A DNA stretch of 64,000 nucleotides from an uncultured delta proteobacterium (GTDB lineage Bacteria; Desulfobacterota; Binatia; UBA9968): contig CAVUZH010000013.1 of the NCBI GenBank assembly GCA_963745835.1, positions 480,001 to 544,000 of the forward strand, given 5' to 3'. The notes under the pieces are model-generated. The model saw only the letters and a program-made list of their open reading frames with translations, had not been told where the DNA came from and searched no databases. The stretch's first letter is position 1. Each line of letters starts with the position of its first letter. Shown here one piece after another: positions 32,190 through 42,581 of the stretch. Position numbers and translations under genes: made by a program.

Positions 32190-33125
32190 ATGGCAATCAA
32201 TATCGATTGGCATTCGCATCATACGGCGCCGGAAGTCTCCGATCGAATCAAAGACCTAACCGGTAAGCGTCCGCATATCGACGCCTTGGATTCACCGGAT
32301 TTCTCCAAACGCGTCACGGAAATGGACGAAGCGGGTGTCGATTTGCAGCTCATTTGCCAGGGCGCCGGCGTTTATGCCGACCAAATGCCGCCGGAACAAG
32401 CGCTCGAGATCGTGCGCATGTCGAACAACGTGCTTGCCGAGCGACTCGCTGGTTACAAAGATCGGTTGATGGGCGTCACGGCTTTGTCGCTAAAAAATAT
32501 TGCCGCGTCCGTCGCGGAAATCGAACGTACGGCAAAACAAGGCTTTCGCGCTGTACTGCTCTATCCGCACGTCGACGGCAAGATGCTCGTGGACACGCCA
32601 GAAATGGACCCGATCTTCGCAAAAATTTCCGAGCTCAACCTGCCGATCTTTCTGCACGGCGCCGGTACGGCGCAAGATCCATCCTTGGCGCGTCTCGAAG
32701 ACGGCGGCGCGGGAGTCGCTTATGCGGTTCTGTCTGATGGTGAGGTCGCGGAGTGCTGCCTGCGCATGATTGCCAGCGGCTTGTTCGATCGTTATCCGAA
32801 TCTAAAAATCGTTATCCGCAGCTCCGGCGGCGGTATACCGCTATTGCTTCATCGGTTTTTCTGGAAGCATAAAGGGCCTAGCGGGGAGCGGCGCTACTCG
32901 GAAATTTTTCTTGAGCATTTTCTCATCGATTGCGCCAGCTCGGATGACCGGACACTGTCGTTCTTGATAGACAAGATGGGCGAAAACAACATGGTTTTTG
33001 GCTCTGACTACTGCGGCGGGCTCGACCGGCTGAACAGAAGTTTTAACGCCATCCTGGCGCAGCCCGATCCCGATCACATCAAAGGTTTTATGGAAAAAAA
33101 TTCCCGGCAGCTGTTACACATTTGA
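32190..33125 (+). CDS. Amidohydrolase_2 family protein (ACMSD/decarboxylase-like)
   Basis: IDWHSH, PIFLHG, GLFDRYPNLKI, FGSDY. Confidence 0.8.
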   Translation: MAINIDWHSHHTAPEVSDRIKDLTGKRPHIDALDSPDFSKRVTEMDEAGVDLQLICQGAGVYADQMPPEQALEIVRMSNNVLAERLAGYKDRLMGVTALSLKNIAASVAEIERTAKQGFRAVLLYPHVDGKMLVDTPEMDPIFAKISELNLPIFLHGAGTAQDPSLARLEDGGAGVAYAVLSDGEVAECCLRMIASGLFDRYPNLKIVIRSSGGGIPLLLHRFFWKHKGPSGERRYSEIFLEHFLIDCASSDDRTLSFLIDKMGENNMVFGSDYCGGLDRLNRSFNAILAQPDPDHIKGFMEKNSRQLLHI

Positions 33126-33193
33126 CTTGGAGCTCGAGCCTCTACGGCTATTCGCCCGGGCGTGAACTGATGGTTGCACTCCAATGAAATCCT

Positions 33194-34423
33194 ATGGCAT
33201 CTCTGTATGACCTGACGATCATCGGCGGTGGCATTCTCGGTCTCGCCACCGCGTTGAAAATCACTGCCGTCCATCCCGGCCTGAGACTATTGCTGTTGGA
33301 GAAGGAACCGGATGTCGCGCGGCACCAAACCGGCAACAACAGTGGCGTGATCCATTCAGGCCTCTACTACCGACCGGGGTCGCTAAAAGCGCGCACCTGT
33401 GTTGCCGGACGCAGAGAGCTGATCCAATTCTGCGACGAGAACAACGTGCCCTATGAAATTTGCGGCAAGGTCGTCGTCGCCACGACTGACGAAGAGCTGC
33501 CGCGTTTGGAGGAATTGCGCCGCCGCGGAGAAGCCAACGGCCTGGGTGGACTCGAAACAATCGGCGCCGAGCGCTTAAAAGAGCTTGAGCCACACGCCAC
33601 GGGAATCAAAGGCCTCCACGTCCCGGAGACCGGGATCATTGACTACAAGAAAGTGGCCGCCGCATATGCCACTAAGATTCGCGATTCTGGCGGCGACATC
33701 CGGCTGTCGCAAAAAGTCGTAGGCATACTCGATCGGCCCGATGAAATCGTGCTGCAGACTTCCGGTGGGGATTATCGCACCAAGCATTTGATCAATTGTT
33801 GCGGACTGCAATCGGACTTGATTGCAAAAATGGCTCGCGGCGCTAATCAGGACCATGAGCCGGAGCACCGCATCATTCCGTTTCGGGGCGAGTATTACAA
33901 GATCGCGCCGGAACGGCAGTTCTTGGTAAAAAATCTGATTTATCCGGTTCCCGATCCGACTTTTCCATTCTTGGGTGTTCACTTCACGCGAATGGCCAAA
34001 GGCGGCGTGGAGGCGGGTCCTAATGCGGTGCTCGCTTACGCGCGCGAAGGTTACAGCCACAGGCAGATTAACCTGAACGATCTCTGGCAAACAGTTTCGT
34101 TCAGAGGATTTTGGGCGATGACCGGAAAATACTGGCAAACCGGTTTCGGCGAGCTTTACCGCTCACTCAGCAAAACAGCTTTCGTGCGCGCGTTGCAACA
34201 GCTGGTGCCCGAGATCCGCGCGAGCGATCTGGTTGCCGGCGGCGCCGGCGTGCGCGCCCAAGCGGTCTCAACCAACGGCGCGCTGGTGGATGACTTTGTG
34301 ATTAAACAAGGCCGTAACACTATTCACATCCTCAACGCCCCGTCGCCGGGTGCGACAGCCTCGCTCGCTATCGGCCGGCAGATCTGCGAGATGGCGGAAA
34401 AAAACTTCGACCTTAGAAACTAG
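33194..34423 (+). CDS. lhgO: L-2-hydroxyglutarate oxidase family FAD oxidoreductase
   Basis: IIGGGILG, HQTGNNSGVIHSGLYY, PFRGEY, IYPVPDP.FPFLGVHFT, GVRAQA, NAPSPGATASL. Confidence 0.9.
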   Translation: MASLYDLTIIGGGILGLATALKITAVHPGLRLLLLEKEPDVARHQTGNNSGVIHSGLYYRPGSLKARTCVAGRRELIQFCDENNVPYEICGKVVVATTDEELPRLEELRRRGEANGLGGLETIGAERLKELEPHATGIKGLHVPETGIIDYKKVAAAYATKIRDSGGDIRLSQKVVGILDRPDEIVLQTSGGDYRTKHLINCCGLQSDLIAKMARGANQDHEPEHRIIPFRGEYYKIAPERQFLVKNLIYPVPDPTFPFLGVHFTRMAKGGVEAGPNAVLAYAREGYSHRQINLNDLWQTVSFRGFWAMTGKYWQTGFGELYRSLSKTAFVRALQQLVPEIRASDLVAGGAGVRAQAVSTNGALVDDFVIKQGRNTIHILNAPSPGATASLAIGRQICEMAEKNFDLRN

Positions 34424-34482
34424 TTCAGCGTTGCGTTACACCTAATATCGCGCATCACTTCAGTAGCCTACCCTGCGCCTTC

Positions 34483-35547
34483 TCACTGCGCCGGCTTGAA
34501 GGTGTCGCGGAATAGGGTGACGTACTTGTCGAAGTCATCCATCACCGACTGCTCGAAAGGCAAAAGCTTGTATGGCTTCAGATAAGTCGCGGTCACATCC
34601 GGTCGGGTCGGAATTCGGCGGCTGGCGCGGATTGTTTCCATTCCCGAGCGGGACAAAAGAAAATCGTAAAACAACGCCGATGTGTAGACGTTTGCGCCCG
34701 TGCTGGTGATTGCCGCGGCGACCTTCGAAATCGGAATCACTCCGTCCAGAACTGCCCATTCTACCGGCGCGCCCTGGGCCTTGGCGCGCTCGACTGTGTG
34801 TACCTGAAGCTCGGAAGCGATGGGAAACTCGCCCGCCGCCATCAGCTGGCCGATCAGCGAATGGCCTTTGCGCCACTGTATCTGCTGGGCCGCGAGTTTT
34901 TTCATGTAATCCAGTGCCGCCTCCCTGCCGTCTCGCCGTTCCAAAAAGCGCAACGAAACGACGAACCAGTTATACGGCTCCGTATCCATAGCGATTGAAC
35001 CCTTCCATTTGGCGTTCAACAAATCTTTATAGGTTTTCGGCGCTCCATCTTTATTGACCATTTTGGTGTTGTAAGCCGCTACCCACGCTGATGTGTAAAG
35101 ACCCGTCCAATAACCGCCCGGATCTTTGGCTTCCTCAGGATAAATCGAGTTTTCCAAACCTTCATAACGCGCCAACAGCTTGCGTTTGATCATGATCGAC
35201 AGTTCCAGCTCGGGCAAGGCGACGACGTCGGCCTTGAAAGCATTGGCGCGCGCCTCGGCGAGAATCCGTTCGAGTAATTTCTCGCTCGACGAGCGCAAAT
35301 GCTGGACCTGGATCGACGGATGCTGCTCGTTGAATTTCTTAATCAAAGCCAGCGCATCTTCTGCGGTCGTGCTTGAATACCAGACCAATCCGCTCTCTTT
35401 TTTGCTTCCTTCGACAAGCCGCGCCTGTCGTTCCGCCGGCGGTAATTTCATCACAGCCGCAAGCACCGCCTGACGAGTTTGGGCATCTGCTATCACGGGC
35501 AAGCTGGTTAACGACAGATAGACAATTATCAACAACAAAGTTGGCAT
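34483..35547 (-). CDS. Extracellular solute-binding protein (Fe3+/thiamine/polyamine-type fold)
   Basis: Signal peptide, LVWYSS, AAYNTKMV, PKTYKDLLNAKWKG, GAPVEW, DFLLS. Confidence 0.8.
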   Translation of the reverse strand: MPTLLLIIVYLSLTSLPVIADAQTRQAVLAAVMKLPPAERQARLVEGSKKESGLVWYSSTTAEDALALIKKFNEQHPSIQVQHLRSSSEKLLERILAEARANAFKADVVALPELELSIMIKRKLLARYEGLENSIYPEEAKDPGGYWTGLYTSAWVAAYNTKMVNKDGAPKTYKDLLNAKWKGSIAMDTEPYNWFVVSLRFLERRDGREAALDYMKKLAAQQIQWRKGHSLIGQLMAAGEFPIASELQVHTVERAKAQGAPVEWAVLDGVIPISKVAAAITSTGANVYTSALFYDFLLSRSGMETIRASRRIPTRPDVTATYLKPYKLLPFEQSVMDDFDKYVTLFRDTFKPAQ

Positions 35548-35738
35548 GTTGTCGCCTCCGATTTTGATCTGAAACGTTCGCGCGAATAGAAGCGCCAGAG
35601 TTCATAAAAAGCTGCCACTGAATTAGCCAGCTTCGCCGAGTCTGTCAACTACGAAGATCTTTGAATTCACGGCCAACCTTGATTTCCACTTGCTCGTCAA
35701 ATATCGTGGCGAGATATTCTGCGGAGGAAACCATCTGA

Positions 35739-36266
35739 ATGATCATCGAATATAAGGGCAAGAAACCGGCTGTGTCTCCCAAAGCCTTCATTGCGCCCAC
35801 CGCAGTGCTCATCGGTGACGTTAGCGTCGGCGACGATGCCAGCATCTGGTGGGGCGCGGTCCTACGCTCGGATCAGGGCGGCTATCCGATCGTGATCGGA
35901 TCGCGCACCAGTATTCAGGACAACTGCGTGATTCATTCGGGCGAAGCTGCCACGATCATCGAAGAAGACTGCACTGTGGGTCACGGCGCGATTATGGAAG
36001 GATGCGTAATCAAGCGCGGCGCCATAATCGGCATGAATTCCACAATTCTGGAAAATACCGAGATTGGCGAAGAATCGCTCATCGCCGCCGGCAGTGTCGT
36101 TGTTCCGCATACCAAAATCCCGCCGCGTGTTCTTGCCGCCGGCACGCCGGCGAAAGTGAAAAAGGAAATCGAAGGCGAAGCTCTCAAATGGATAAAGATG
36201 GGCGCATCGACTTACGTCGAACTCTGCCGCAGCTATCTCGGCGGCGACTACATAATCGTTGGCTAG
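35739..36266 (+). CDS. Gamma carbonic anhydrase family hexapeptide-repeat protein
   Basis: FIAPTAVLIGDV, SIWWGAVLRSD, IQDNCVIH, TVGHGA, AGTPAK. Confidence 0.9.
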   Translation: MIIEYKGKKPAVSPKAFIAPTAVLIGDVSVGDDASIWWGAVLRSDQGGYPIVIGSRTSIQDNCVIHSGEAATIIEEDCTVGHGAIMEGCVIKRGAIIGMNSTILENTEIGEESLIAAGSVVVPHTKIPPRVLAAGTPAKVKKEIEGEALKWIKMGASTYVELCRSYLGGDYIIVG

Positions 36267-36298
36267 TTTCCGAGATCATCGAACAGGGGGAAAAAAGC

Positions 36299-37213
36299 GT
36301 GCGCATCATCTTGATTGGACAAGCAGCGTTTGCGGAAAAGACTCTCGATAAACTGGTCAGTAACGGGGAAGAGGTGCTCGCCGTCTTTTGTTTTCCCGAT
36401 ACGCCCGGCGGAAAAATCGATCCCGTCAAGCAGAGGGCTCTTCAGCTGGGTATCCCGGTGCATCAACACAAAACGCTCAAAACGCCTGAAGTCACCGAGC
36501 AGTTTGTTTCTCTCAAGGCAGACTTGGCGATCCTGGCATTTGTCAGCCAGATCATTCCCCCGCCGGTATTCAATGCGCCGCGCCTCGGCAGTATTTGTTA
36601 TCATCCTTCCTTGTTGCCCAAATACCGCGGCAGGACCGCGATCAATTGGGCCCTGATCCGCGGAGAAACCGTGACCGGTTTGACAATTTTTTGGTTGGAC
36701 AAGGGCATCGATACAGGGCCCATCCTCCTGCAAAAAGAAGTGCGGGTTGAACCGGACGATACCACCGGCACGTTATACTTCAACAAACTGTTCCCCATGG
36801 GAATTGAAGCGATCGGCGAAGCGGTGGACCTGATTAAAGCCGGCAATCCGCCGCGGATTGTGCAAGACGAATCAAAGGCGACATACGATCCGCCGTGCGG
36901 CGACGAACACGCGAAGATCGATTGGTCCAAACCGGCTCAGGAAGTTTATAATTTAATCCGTGGGTGCGATCCCCAGCCTGGCGCGCACACGACCTACCAG
37001 GATAAAACTTTGCGCCTCTTCGACACCCGGCTACAGAAGAACCCAAACGGCGCCGAACCGGGCCAAGTTACCGGTATCGGCGCCGAAGAGATCACCATAG
37101 CGGTCACCGGCGGCACGCTGACGGTCAAGAGAGTGCGCGGCGAATCCGGAAAAATCAGCGGCGCGGAATTCGCCAAGCAGGTTGATTTGAAAGTCGGTGA
37201 TCGGCTTGAGTGA
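36299..37213 (+). CDS. Formyltransferase-family protein resembling the hydrolase domain of 10-formyl-THF dehydrogenase
   Basis: GTG start after a ggggg RBS; RIILIGQAAF, ICYHPSLLPKYRGRTAINW, IFWLDKGIDTGPILLQKE, NLIRGCDPQPGA. Confidence 0.82.
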   Translation: MRIILIGQAAFAEKTLDKLVSNGEEVLAVFCFPDTPGGKIDPVKQRALQLGIPVHQHKTLKTPEVTEQFVSLKADLAILAFVSQIIPPPVFNAPRLGSICYHPSLLPKYRGRTAINWALIRGETVTGLTIFWLDKGIDTGPILLQKEVRVEPDDTTGTLYFNKLFPMGIEAIGEAVDLIKAGNPPRIVQDESKATYDPPCGDEHAKIDWSKPAQEVYNLIRGCDPQPGAHTTYQDKTLRLFDTRLQKNPNGAEPGQVTGIGAEEITIAVTGGTLTVKRVRGESGKISGAEFAKQVDLKVGDRLE

Positions 37214-37290
37214 TTTCACGAGCACAGCCTTTCACGCGAGGGTTCACGGGTCTAACTGAGTTCCCGCAAGTACTCTGGAAGCGGACACGC

Positions 37291-38313
37291 ATGAGATTGT
37301 CAGTACTCGATCAATCAACCGCGTCCAAGGATAGAACGCAGGACACTGCGATTCGTGAGACGCTCGAGCTTGCGCGACACTGCGACGCGTTGGGTTATCA
37401 TCGTTACTGGGTGTCGGAACATCACAACTCCGGCACCATCGCCGGCACCGCGCCCGAGATACTCATGGCCGCGATTGCGGCCACCACGGCTCGTATCCGC
37501 ATCGGCAGCGCCGGTATTATGCTGCCGCACTATTCCGCGCTGAAAGTTGCCGAGCAATTCCGCGTTTTGGAGGCCATCGCGCCGGGTCGCATCGATTTGG
37601 GAGTTGGACGCGCCCCCGGATCGGACCAGATGACGTCATACGCGCTCAATCCAAATCCGCAGAACGTCCTCGACCAATTTCCCCGACAAGTTCAAGAGCT
37701 GCAACACTGGGTATCGGGGACTCCCCTGCCTGAGGGTCATCCCTTCAGAACGGTCGTCGCGCAGCCCACCGGTCCAAGCAGCCCTGACCTATGGATTCTC
37801 GGCAGCTCGGACTACGGCGCTCAGCTCGCCGCCTATTTTGGCCTGCCTTACGCGTTCGCTTATTTTTTCAGCGAGGGCACCGGCGTGGAGCAAGCGCTCG
37901 AGCTTTATCGCAAGAACTATCGCCCGAGTGAAAATAATCCCAAGCCGATCGCGACGATTTGCGTCTGGGCGCTGGCGGCAGTTACGGAACAAGAAGCCTT
38001 GCATCAGTTAAAGACCCGCGAACGCGCGATTATCGATCGCAGACAAGGCATCCGTTTACCGCTTATGCCGCCCGAGGAAGCAGAGCGGCCATATTCTTCC
38101 GCGGAGATGGCAACTGCGCAGAAGCTTCGCCGCAAGGCGATTGTCGGCTCCAAAGAACAGGTTGCCGAGCGACTGAAAGAACTTGCAAAGAGTTTAGAAC
38201 TTGACGAACTGGTCGTAGTCACATGGACTTACGATCCGGCTCCGCGCCATCGCTCTTACGAGCTACTGGCGCAAGCTTTTGCGCTGGAACAAACAGACCG
38301 TCATTCGGCGTAG
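37291..38313 (+). CDS. Luciferase-like (LLM) flavin-dependent oxidoreductase
   Basis: LSVLDQS, GYHRYWVSEHH, RIGSAGIMLPHYS, PGRIDLGVGRAPG, WILGSS. Confidence 0.9.
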   Translation: MRLSVLDQSTASKDRTQDTAIRETLELARHCDALGYHRYWVSEHHNSGTIAGTAPEILMAAIAATTARIRIGSAGIMLPHYSALKVAEQFRVLEAIAPGRIDLGVGRAPGSDQMTSYALNPNPQNVLDQFPRQVQELQHWVSGTPLPEGHPFRTVVAQPTGPSSPDLWILGSSDYGAQLAAYFGLPYAFAYFFSEGTGVEQALELYRKNYRPSENNPKPIATICVWALAAVTEQEALHQLKTRERAIIDRRQGIRLPLMPPEEAERPYSSAEMATAQKLRRKAIVGSKEQVAERLKELAKSLELDELVVVTWTYDPAPRHRSYELLAQAFALEQTDRHSA

Positions 38314-38472
38314 TCGGTTAGTCGATATTTGTCTGACCCGTGTCAAGACACGCACATAAGCGAAAAGAAGATTGACATGTTAGAAGATTGGCGTTTACTC
38401 TCGCCCACTGACAGCGTGACGTTCAGGGGCGCGCGCTCTTTGGATTCAATCGACAACTCAGGAGGTGTTTCC

Positions 38473-39099
38473 ATGATGACTCTCTATTTCAGTCCTGGCG
38501 CTTGTTCGTTGGCTTCTCATATCGGTCTTGAAGAAGCCGGCGCGCCATACGAGATCAAGCCTATCCTGCTGGCCAAAGGGCAGCAGAGAACCGAGGATTA
38601 TTTGAAGATCAACCCGCGCGGGAAAGTCCCGGCGCTCAGCGTGGACGGCAAAATTCTGGTCGAGAACACGGCGATCCTCACATACCTCGGAAGGCGTTTT
38701 CCCGAAAAACGGCTGATGCCAACGGATCCGGCCGAAGAGGCGCGCTGCATTGGGACCATGTGTTGGTTCTCAAGCGTCGTGCATCCCTCGTACCAACGGT
38801 TTCATCGGCCTGAGCGTTTCGCCGAAAGCGAAGCCGCGCACGCCGGGGTCAAGGAAAACGGGCGGAAGTTGTTCTGGGCCAATCTCCAGGAGATCGACTC
38901 CATGATTCAAGCAAATAATTGGGTCATGGGCCCCGAGTTCACCGCCGTCGATCCCTACGCCCTGGTTTTCTACGGCTGGGGCGAACGGAGCGGATTTCCC
39001 ATGAAAGAGCTCAGCGCCTACACGGCGTGGCAGGAGCGCATGATGAAGCGCCCGACGGTTAAGAAAAGTGTCGAGAGCGAACAGAAAGCCGCGACATAA
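38473..39099 (+). CDS. Glutathione S-transferase (beta-class-like)
   Basis: RBS ggagg; LYFSPGACSLASHI, INPRGKVPAL, ENTAILTYL. Confidence 0.92.
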   Translation: MMTLYFSPGACSLASHIGLEEAGAPYEIKPILLAKGQQRTEDYLKINPRGKVPALSVDGKILVENTAILTYLGRRFPEKRLMPTDPAEEARCIGTMCWFSSVVHPSYQRFHRPERFAESEAAHAGVKENGRKLFWANLQEIDSMIQANNWVMGPEFTAVDPYALVFYGWGERSGFPMKELSAYTAWQERMMKRPTVKKSVESEQKAAT

Positions 39100-39347
39100 T
39101 GTGATGACCGAACTCGGCGGGCAACAAGGATGACAACCGTTGGCGGCACCGAACAGGGGCCGGAATTCACCGTTCGACCAGCCATTGCTTCAGCTTAACG
39201 GTTCAGCCGCAGATCTTTCACCGAGTCAATCCTGCTTGCAGTAAAGTGGCGACGTCGATCGTATGTCATGCACAGCTCGGCCAAGTATCATTGCTGGCCC
39301 GAGATGCTGAAACCGCTGAACGCGCGACTTGAAGTCAGCGTTTCATC

Positions 39348-39812
39348 ATGTCCGAACCGCAGCGAACTCATCCGCTTGCAAGCATGACCGGGCTGTTTGC
39401 GCTGGTCGTCTGGTCTTTTTACGCGCTGTACGCTGCGTTTAGTTATCCGGCGAGCCTTACCTCGGTGCGCGTCGCCGCCTGCTTCGGCTTGATCGCTTGC
39501 CTGGCCGTGATCTTTAATTTCGCCTATTGGCGTGCCGCGGTTTTACTGGCTTCATTTGTTTATTTGCTGCTCTACGTGATCCGCATCGTTCGCATGACGG
39601 CGATCGCCAACCACCTGTCATTTTTCTCCGGGCTTTCCTTCTATTACAGCATTTCATGGCGGGTGACTGCCGGCTCGTTCGAAGAGAAAGCTCTGCTGGG
39701 CGGCTTACTCCATGCTTATCTGGAATTCGTCATGCCCGTGCTGGACGTCGGTCTCATCCTGGTTATCCTCATATCCTCGCGACACAAGCGCAGCATTTCG
39801 TCAATCGACTGA
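39348..39812 (+). CDS. Hypothetical membrane protein (about 4 TM helices)
   Basis: 154-aa ORF with several hydrophobic segments; no family recognised. Confidence 0.6.
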   Translation: MSEPQRTHPLASMTGLFALVVWSFYALYAAFSYPASLTSVRVAACFGLIACLAVIFNFAYWRAAVLLASFVYLLLYVIRIVRMTAIANHLSFFSGLSFYYSISWRVTAGSFEEKALLGGLLHAYLEFVMPVLDVGLILVILISSRHKRSISSID

Positions 39813-40081
39813 CACAGAGAAAGAGATACCGCGGTTTTGAGCGTGATCGAGTTCTCTGAGCATACCGGCCGAGCCAAATCCCCGGAAGCCAAACTGCCGG
39901 CCAAAAATTCCTGCCAATCGTCAGAAGCCGCAATTACGAAATTATCACCGATTTGTTTGTTGCAACGACACGCCTATTCACATTGATCGTGCGATTGACC
40001 AACGGTCGGTTCGACGGTATAGCTCTCATAAGCGATCCATCTCGCTTTCGTCTTCGTGCTCATGGTAAATTCGTGCTCTCC

Positions 40082-40672
40082 ATGTTTTCGCTGCTGTTCT
40101 TCTTTAGTACGACCGCGCTGATCTTGGCTCAGGCGCCTGCCACGGCGGCGGCGTCCACTAGCGATGCGTCGGCGAAGAAACTCAACTGGGACGAAAAATT
40201 CGAGGGCGTGGTCCACGACGCCAACAACATCGCTGGGTTTGTCGCCGAGTACCGTTGGCTGAGTAATTATTACCTCTGCAGAGTCGAATGGGACGGCCGC
40301 GTCTACGGCTCGGCGGAGGCGGCCTACCATTCGGGCAAGTATCCGGTGGCGGACCGTGACGTGTTCACTCGGCTCGATCCCGATCCGGCGCGAAAACTGT
40401 CGCGCACCAAACGCTATGACACCGCGGCCTGGGAGATCCGCAAGGTGTCGACGATGCGCGCGGTCGTATGGGCAAAATTTTCGCAGAATCCGGAGCTTGC
40501 GACAAAGCTCCTGGCGACCGGAAGCCGCCACCTTGAGGAAACCAATTGGTGGGGTGATAAAATTTGGGGCGTTTACCGAGGCGAAGGGCAGAACCTCCTT
40601 GGCAAAATCATAATGGAAACCCGCGCCCGGCTCGCAAGGGCGAGCACCGCTGCACCGGTCAGAACGAAATGA
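40082..40672 (+). CDS. NADAR (YbiA-like) family protein with a hydrophobic N-terminal leader
   Basis: YRWLSNYY, SAEAAYHSGK, AKFSQNPELATKLLATG, LEETNWWGDKIWG, GQNLLGKIIM. Start uncertain. Confidence 0.85.
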   Translation: MFSLLFFFSTTALILAQAPATAAASTSDASAKKLNWDEKFEGVVHDANNIAGFVAEYRWLSNYYLCRVEWDGRVYGSAEAAYHSGKYPVADRDVFTRLDPDPARKLSRTKRYDTAAWEIRKVSTMRAVVWAKFSQNPELATKLLATGSRHLEETNWWGDKIWGVYRGEGQNLLGKIIMETRARLARASTAAPVRTK

Positions 40673-40839
40673 TCCGCCGCCCGCGCGGCACCCTCTTTAC
40701 CTTCGTCCGCGTCGAGGGTAATCACATCCAGTGGTAGCCGGTCTGTCCTGGAGTATGAGTTGAGCACGAACACCGAACGGCCATTGAGCTGCCGTAATTG
40801 AGTCAAGTCTACGAGGCTTGTCGGCAGCCGCTCAGCTCG

Positions 40840-42288
40840 CTAGGGTAACGGCGTCTTCAGTCCCAGCTCGTCGGCCACCGCGTGCTCGACGACCGTGCCT
40901 TTGAAGAAATCCAGATTGTTGCGCGTGTGTAGGCGCGCGGCGTTGCTAAACGTGAATTCCCGGAAATCCTGCTCGGTCACGAAGCCTTTTTCGATCAGCT
41001 CGAACGCTTCAGGCATCACCTGCCTGAAATCGGGCACGTCGAAATGCGTGAAGTCGGAGCTGAACACCGGCCGAAGCCGGACGCCCATGCGCGGATCGAA
41101 GGCCCACATCGTTGCGCGATCGTCCGCCTCGCAGCCGAAGTAAAAGTTGTTAGAGAATACCGCGCGCACATCCTCCTTTGAGTTGATTCCTGCGGCTTCA
41201 AAATCATCGGCAACATGCTCAGGCCGGCTCAGCTCTTCCAGGCTGCACTCGGGGCGGAATGCGTCCAAGTTGTTCATGATCGCGGCGGCGTTGGCTTTCA
41301 GTCTTTGATCGCCATATCGGTCGATCAGCCGGTGCATCTCGGCAGTGCTTGTTGCGCTCGGATACTGCAGCCCATCACGGCGGCGCTTCTCCCAGTGTTC
41401 GATTAAGTCGAGACACAACTGACAGGCCCAGCTTACGCCGCCTTCCATGAAGCCGAAATTGAGGGTTGGGTAGCGGCGCGCGAGGCCACCCAGAAAGACA
41501 CCGCGGGCGAAGGCGTGATTTGATTCGGCAAAGTGGCCGACGTGATTGTAGGTGAAATTGCTGATCGAGGCGCGATCCTGCCAACGGCCGCTGCCGGCGT
41601 GTTGAGTTACGGCCACGCCGAGCTCGACGCAGCGCCGCCAGAGCGGCTCATAGTCGTAGGGGCTGTCGAGAGCAATGGTATCGATGTACCAGGCGGCCTT
41701 CTGCCGGTCGATTCCCTCCGCCGCGCTTGGGATCGGTCGCTCCTCGTTGCCGCGCAGCATGATCGCTTTGAAACCTCGCTCTCTAACGGCGTATTCCAAC
41801 TCCTCAAGAGCTTCGTCCGGCGTATGGGAGGGAATCATCGCTACCGGCGCAAACCTTGCGGCAAATGGCGCGAACATATCAGCCGTCATCATGTTGTAGG
41901 CACGGATGGCGGCCCTGTGCAGGTCGTCCTGAGCAATGCCGTTGATGCTGAGCCCGAAGCTCGGATAGATCAACGCGAAATCGATACCCAATTCGGGCAG
42001 ACGCTCATTCAACAAAGCCGGCAGCAGCGCCGTGGCTTTATCGAGCGTATTGCTGGTCACACCCCACCAGATCGTGCGACGCAGACGTTTGTGCTGCCGT
42101 TCCGACCAGGTCGCTCCATACCAACTTTGATTGCGCTGCCACAGCCCTCTAATTTGATCGACAGATCCAGCGCCGCCTACTTCGCGGAGGTATTCGAGAA
42201 AGATCGGAATCGGCTCCATCCAGTGTCCGTCACCGTCGATCACCGGATGCTTGAGCGCATCGTGTATTTCTGCTGCTCGATTTTCCAT
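40840..42288 (-). CDS. Amidohydrolase family protein
   Basis: VIDGDGHWME, RAYN, YEPLW, RRYPTLNFGFMEGGVSW, FSSDFTHFD. Confidence 0.85.
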   Translation of the reverse strand: MENRAAEIHDALKHPVIDGDGHWMEPIPIFLEYLREVGGAGSVDQIRGLWQRNQSWYGATWSERQHKRLRRTIWWGVTSNTLDKATALLPALLNERLPELGIDFALIYPSFGLSINGIAQDDLHRAAIRAYNMMTADMFAPFAARFAPVAMIPSHTPDEALEELEYAVRERGFKAIMLRGNEERPIPSAAEGIDRQKAAWYIDTIALDSPYDYEPLWRRCVELGVAVTQHAGSGRWQDRASISNFTYNHVGHFAESNHAFARGVFLGGLARRYPTLNFGFMEGGVSWACQLCLDLIEHWEKRRRDGLQYPSATSTAEMHRLIDRYGDQRLKANAAAIMNNLDAFRPECSLEELSRPEHVADDFEAAGINSKEDVRAVFSNNFYFGCEADDRATMWAFDPRMGVRLRPVFSSDFTHFDVPDFRQVMPEAFELIEKGFVTEQDFREFTFSNAARLHTRNNLDFFKGTVVEHAVADELGLKTPLP

Positions 42289-42372
42289 GGTCACCGCTCC
42301 TCTCGCTAGTCTCTTTTCTCTTTTAGCGACTAGCCAGTAAGTCGTCAATCGCAATTGCCTGGAACAAAGATG

Positions 42373-42581
42373 CGTTCCAACCGTTCCACCGCTGCGCTCC
42401 GTTCCAGTCGTTCCAATCGTCTAATGAAACAACTTTGTTTTCGTGCGTTGAACGACTTGAACGATTGAAACCAAGCAGCGATTGCCACGACTGGAACCGT
42501 TGGAACGGTGAAACGGCTTGAATCCCTGGAACGAGCCTAGCGAATCGGACTTGAACCTTTAAAGGTCGAACCTTTGAACCC
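42373..42581. repeat. Composite T(T/G)GAAC element: inverted arm 42373-42420 plus copy 1 of the ~135-bp element (42446-42581)
   Basis: cgttccaaccgttccaccgctgcgctccgttccagtcgttccaatcg, then cgttgaacgacttgaacg...gactggaaccgttggaacggtgaaacggcttgaatccctggaacgagcctagcgaatcggacttgaacc...tttgaacc. Confidence 0.85.

Noticed and set aside
35849-36298. 150-codon upstream extension of the formyltransferase ORF overlapping the gamma-CA gene
   Set aside because: Arg-rich shadow frame; homology begins at GTG 36299, which has its own RBS.
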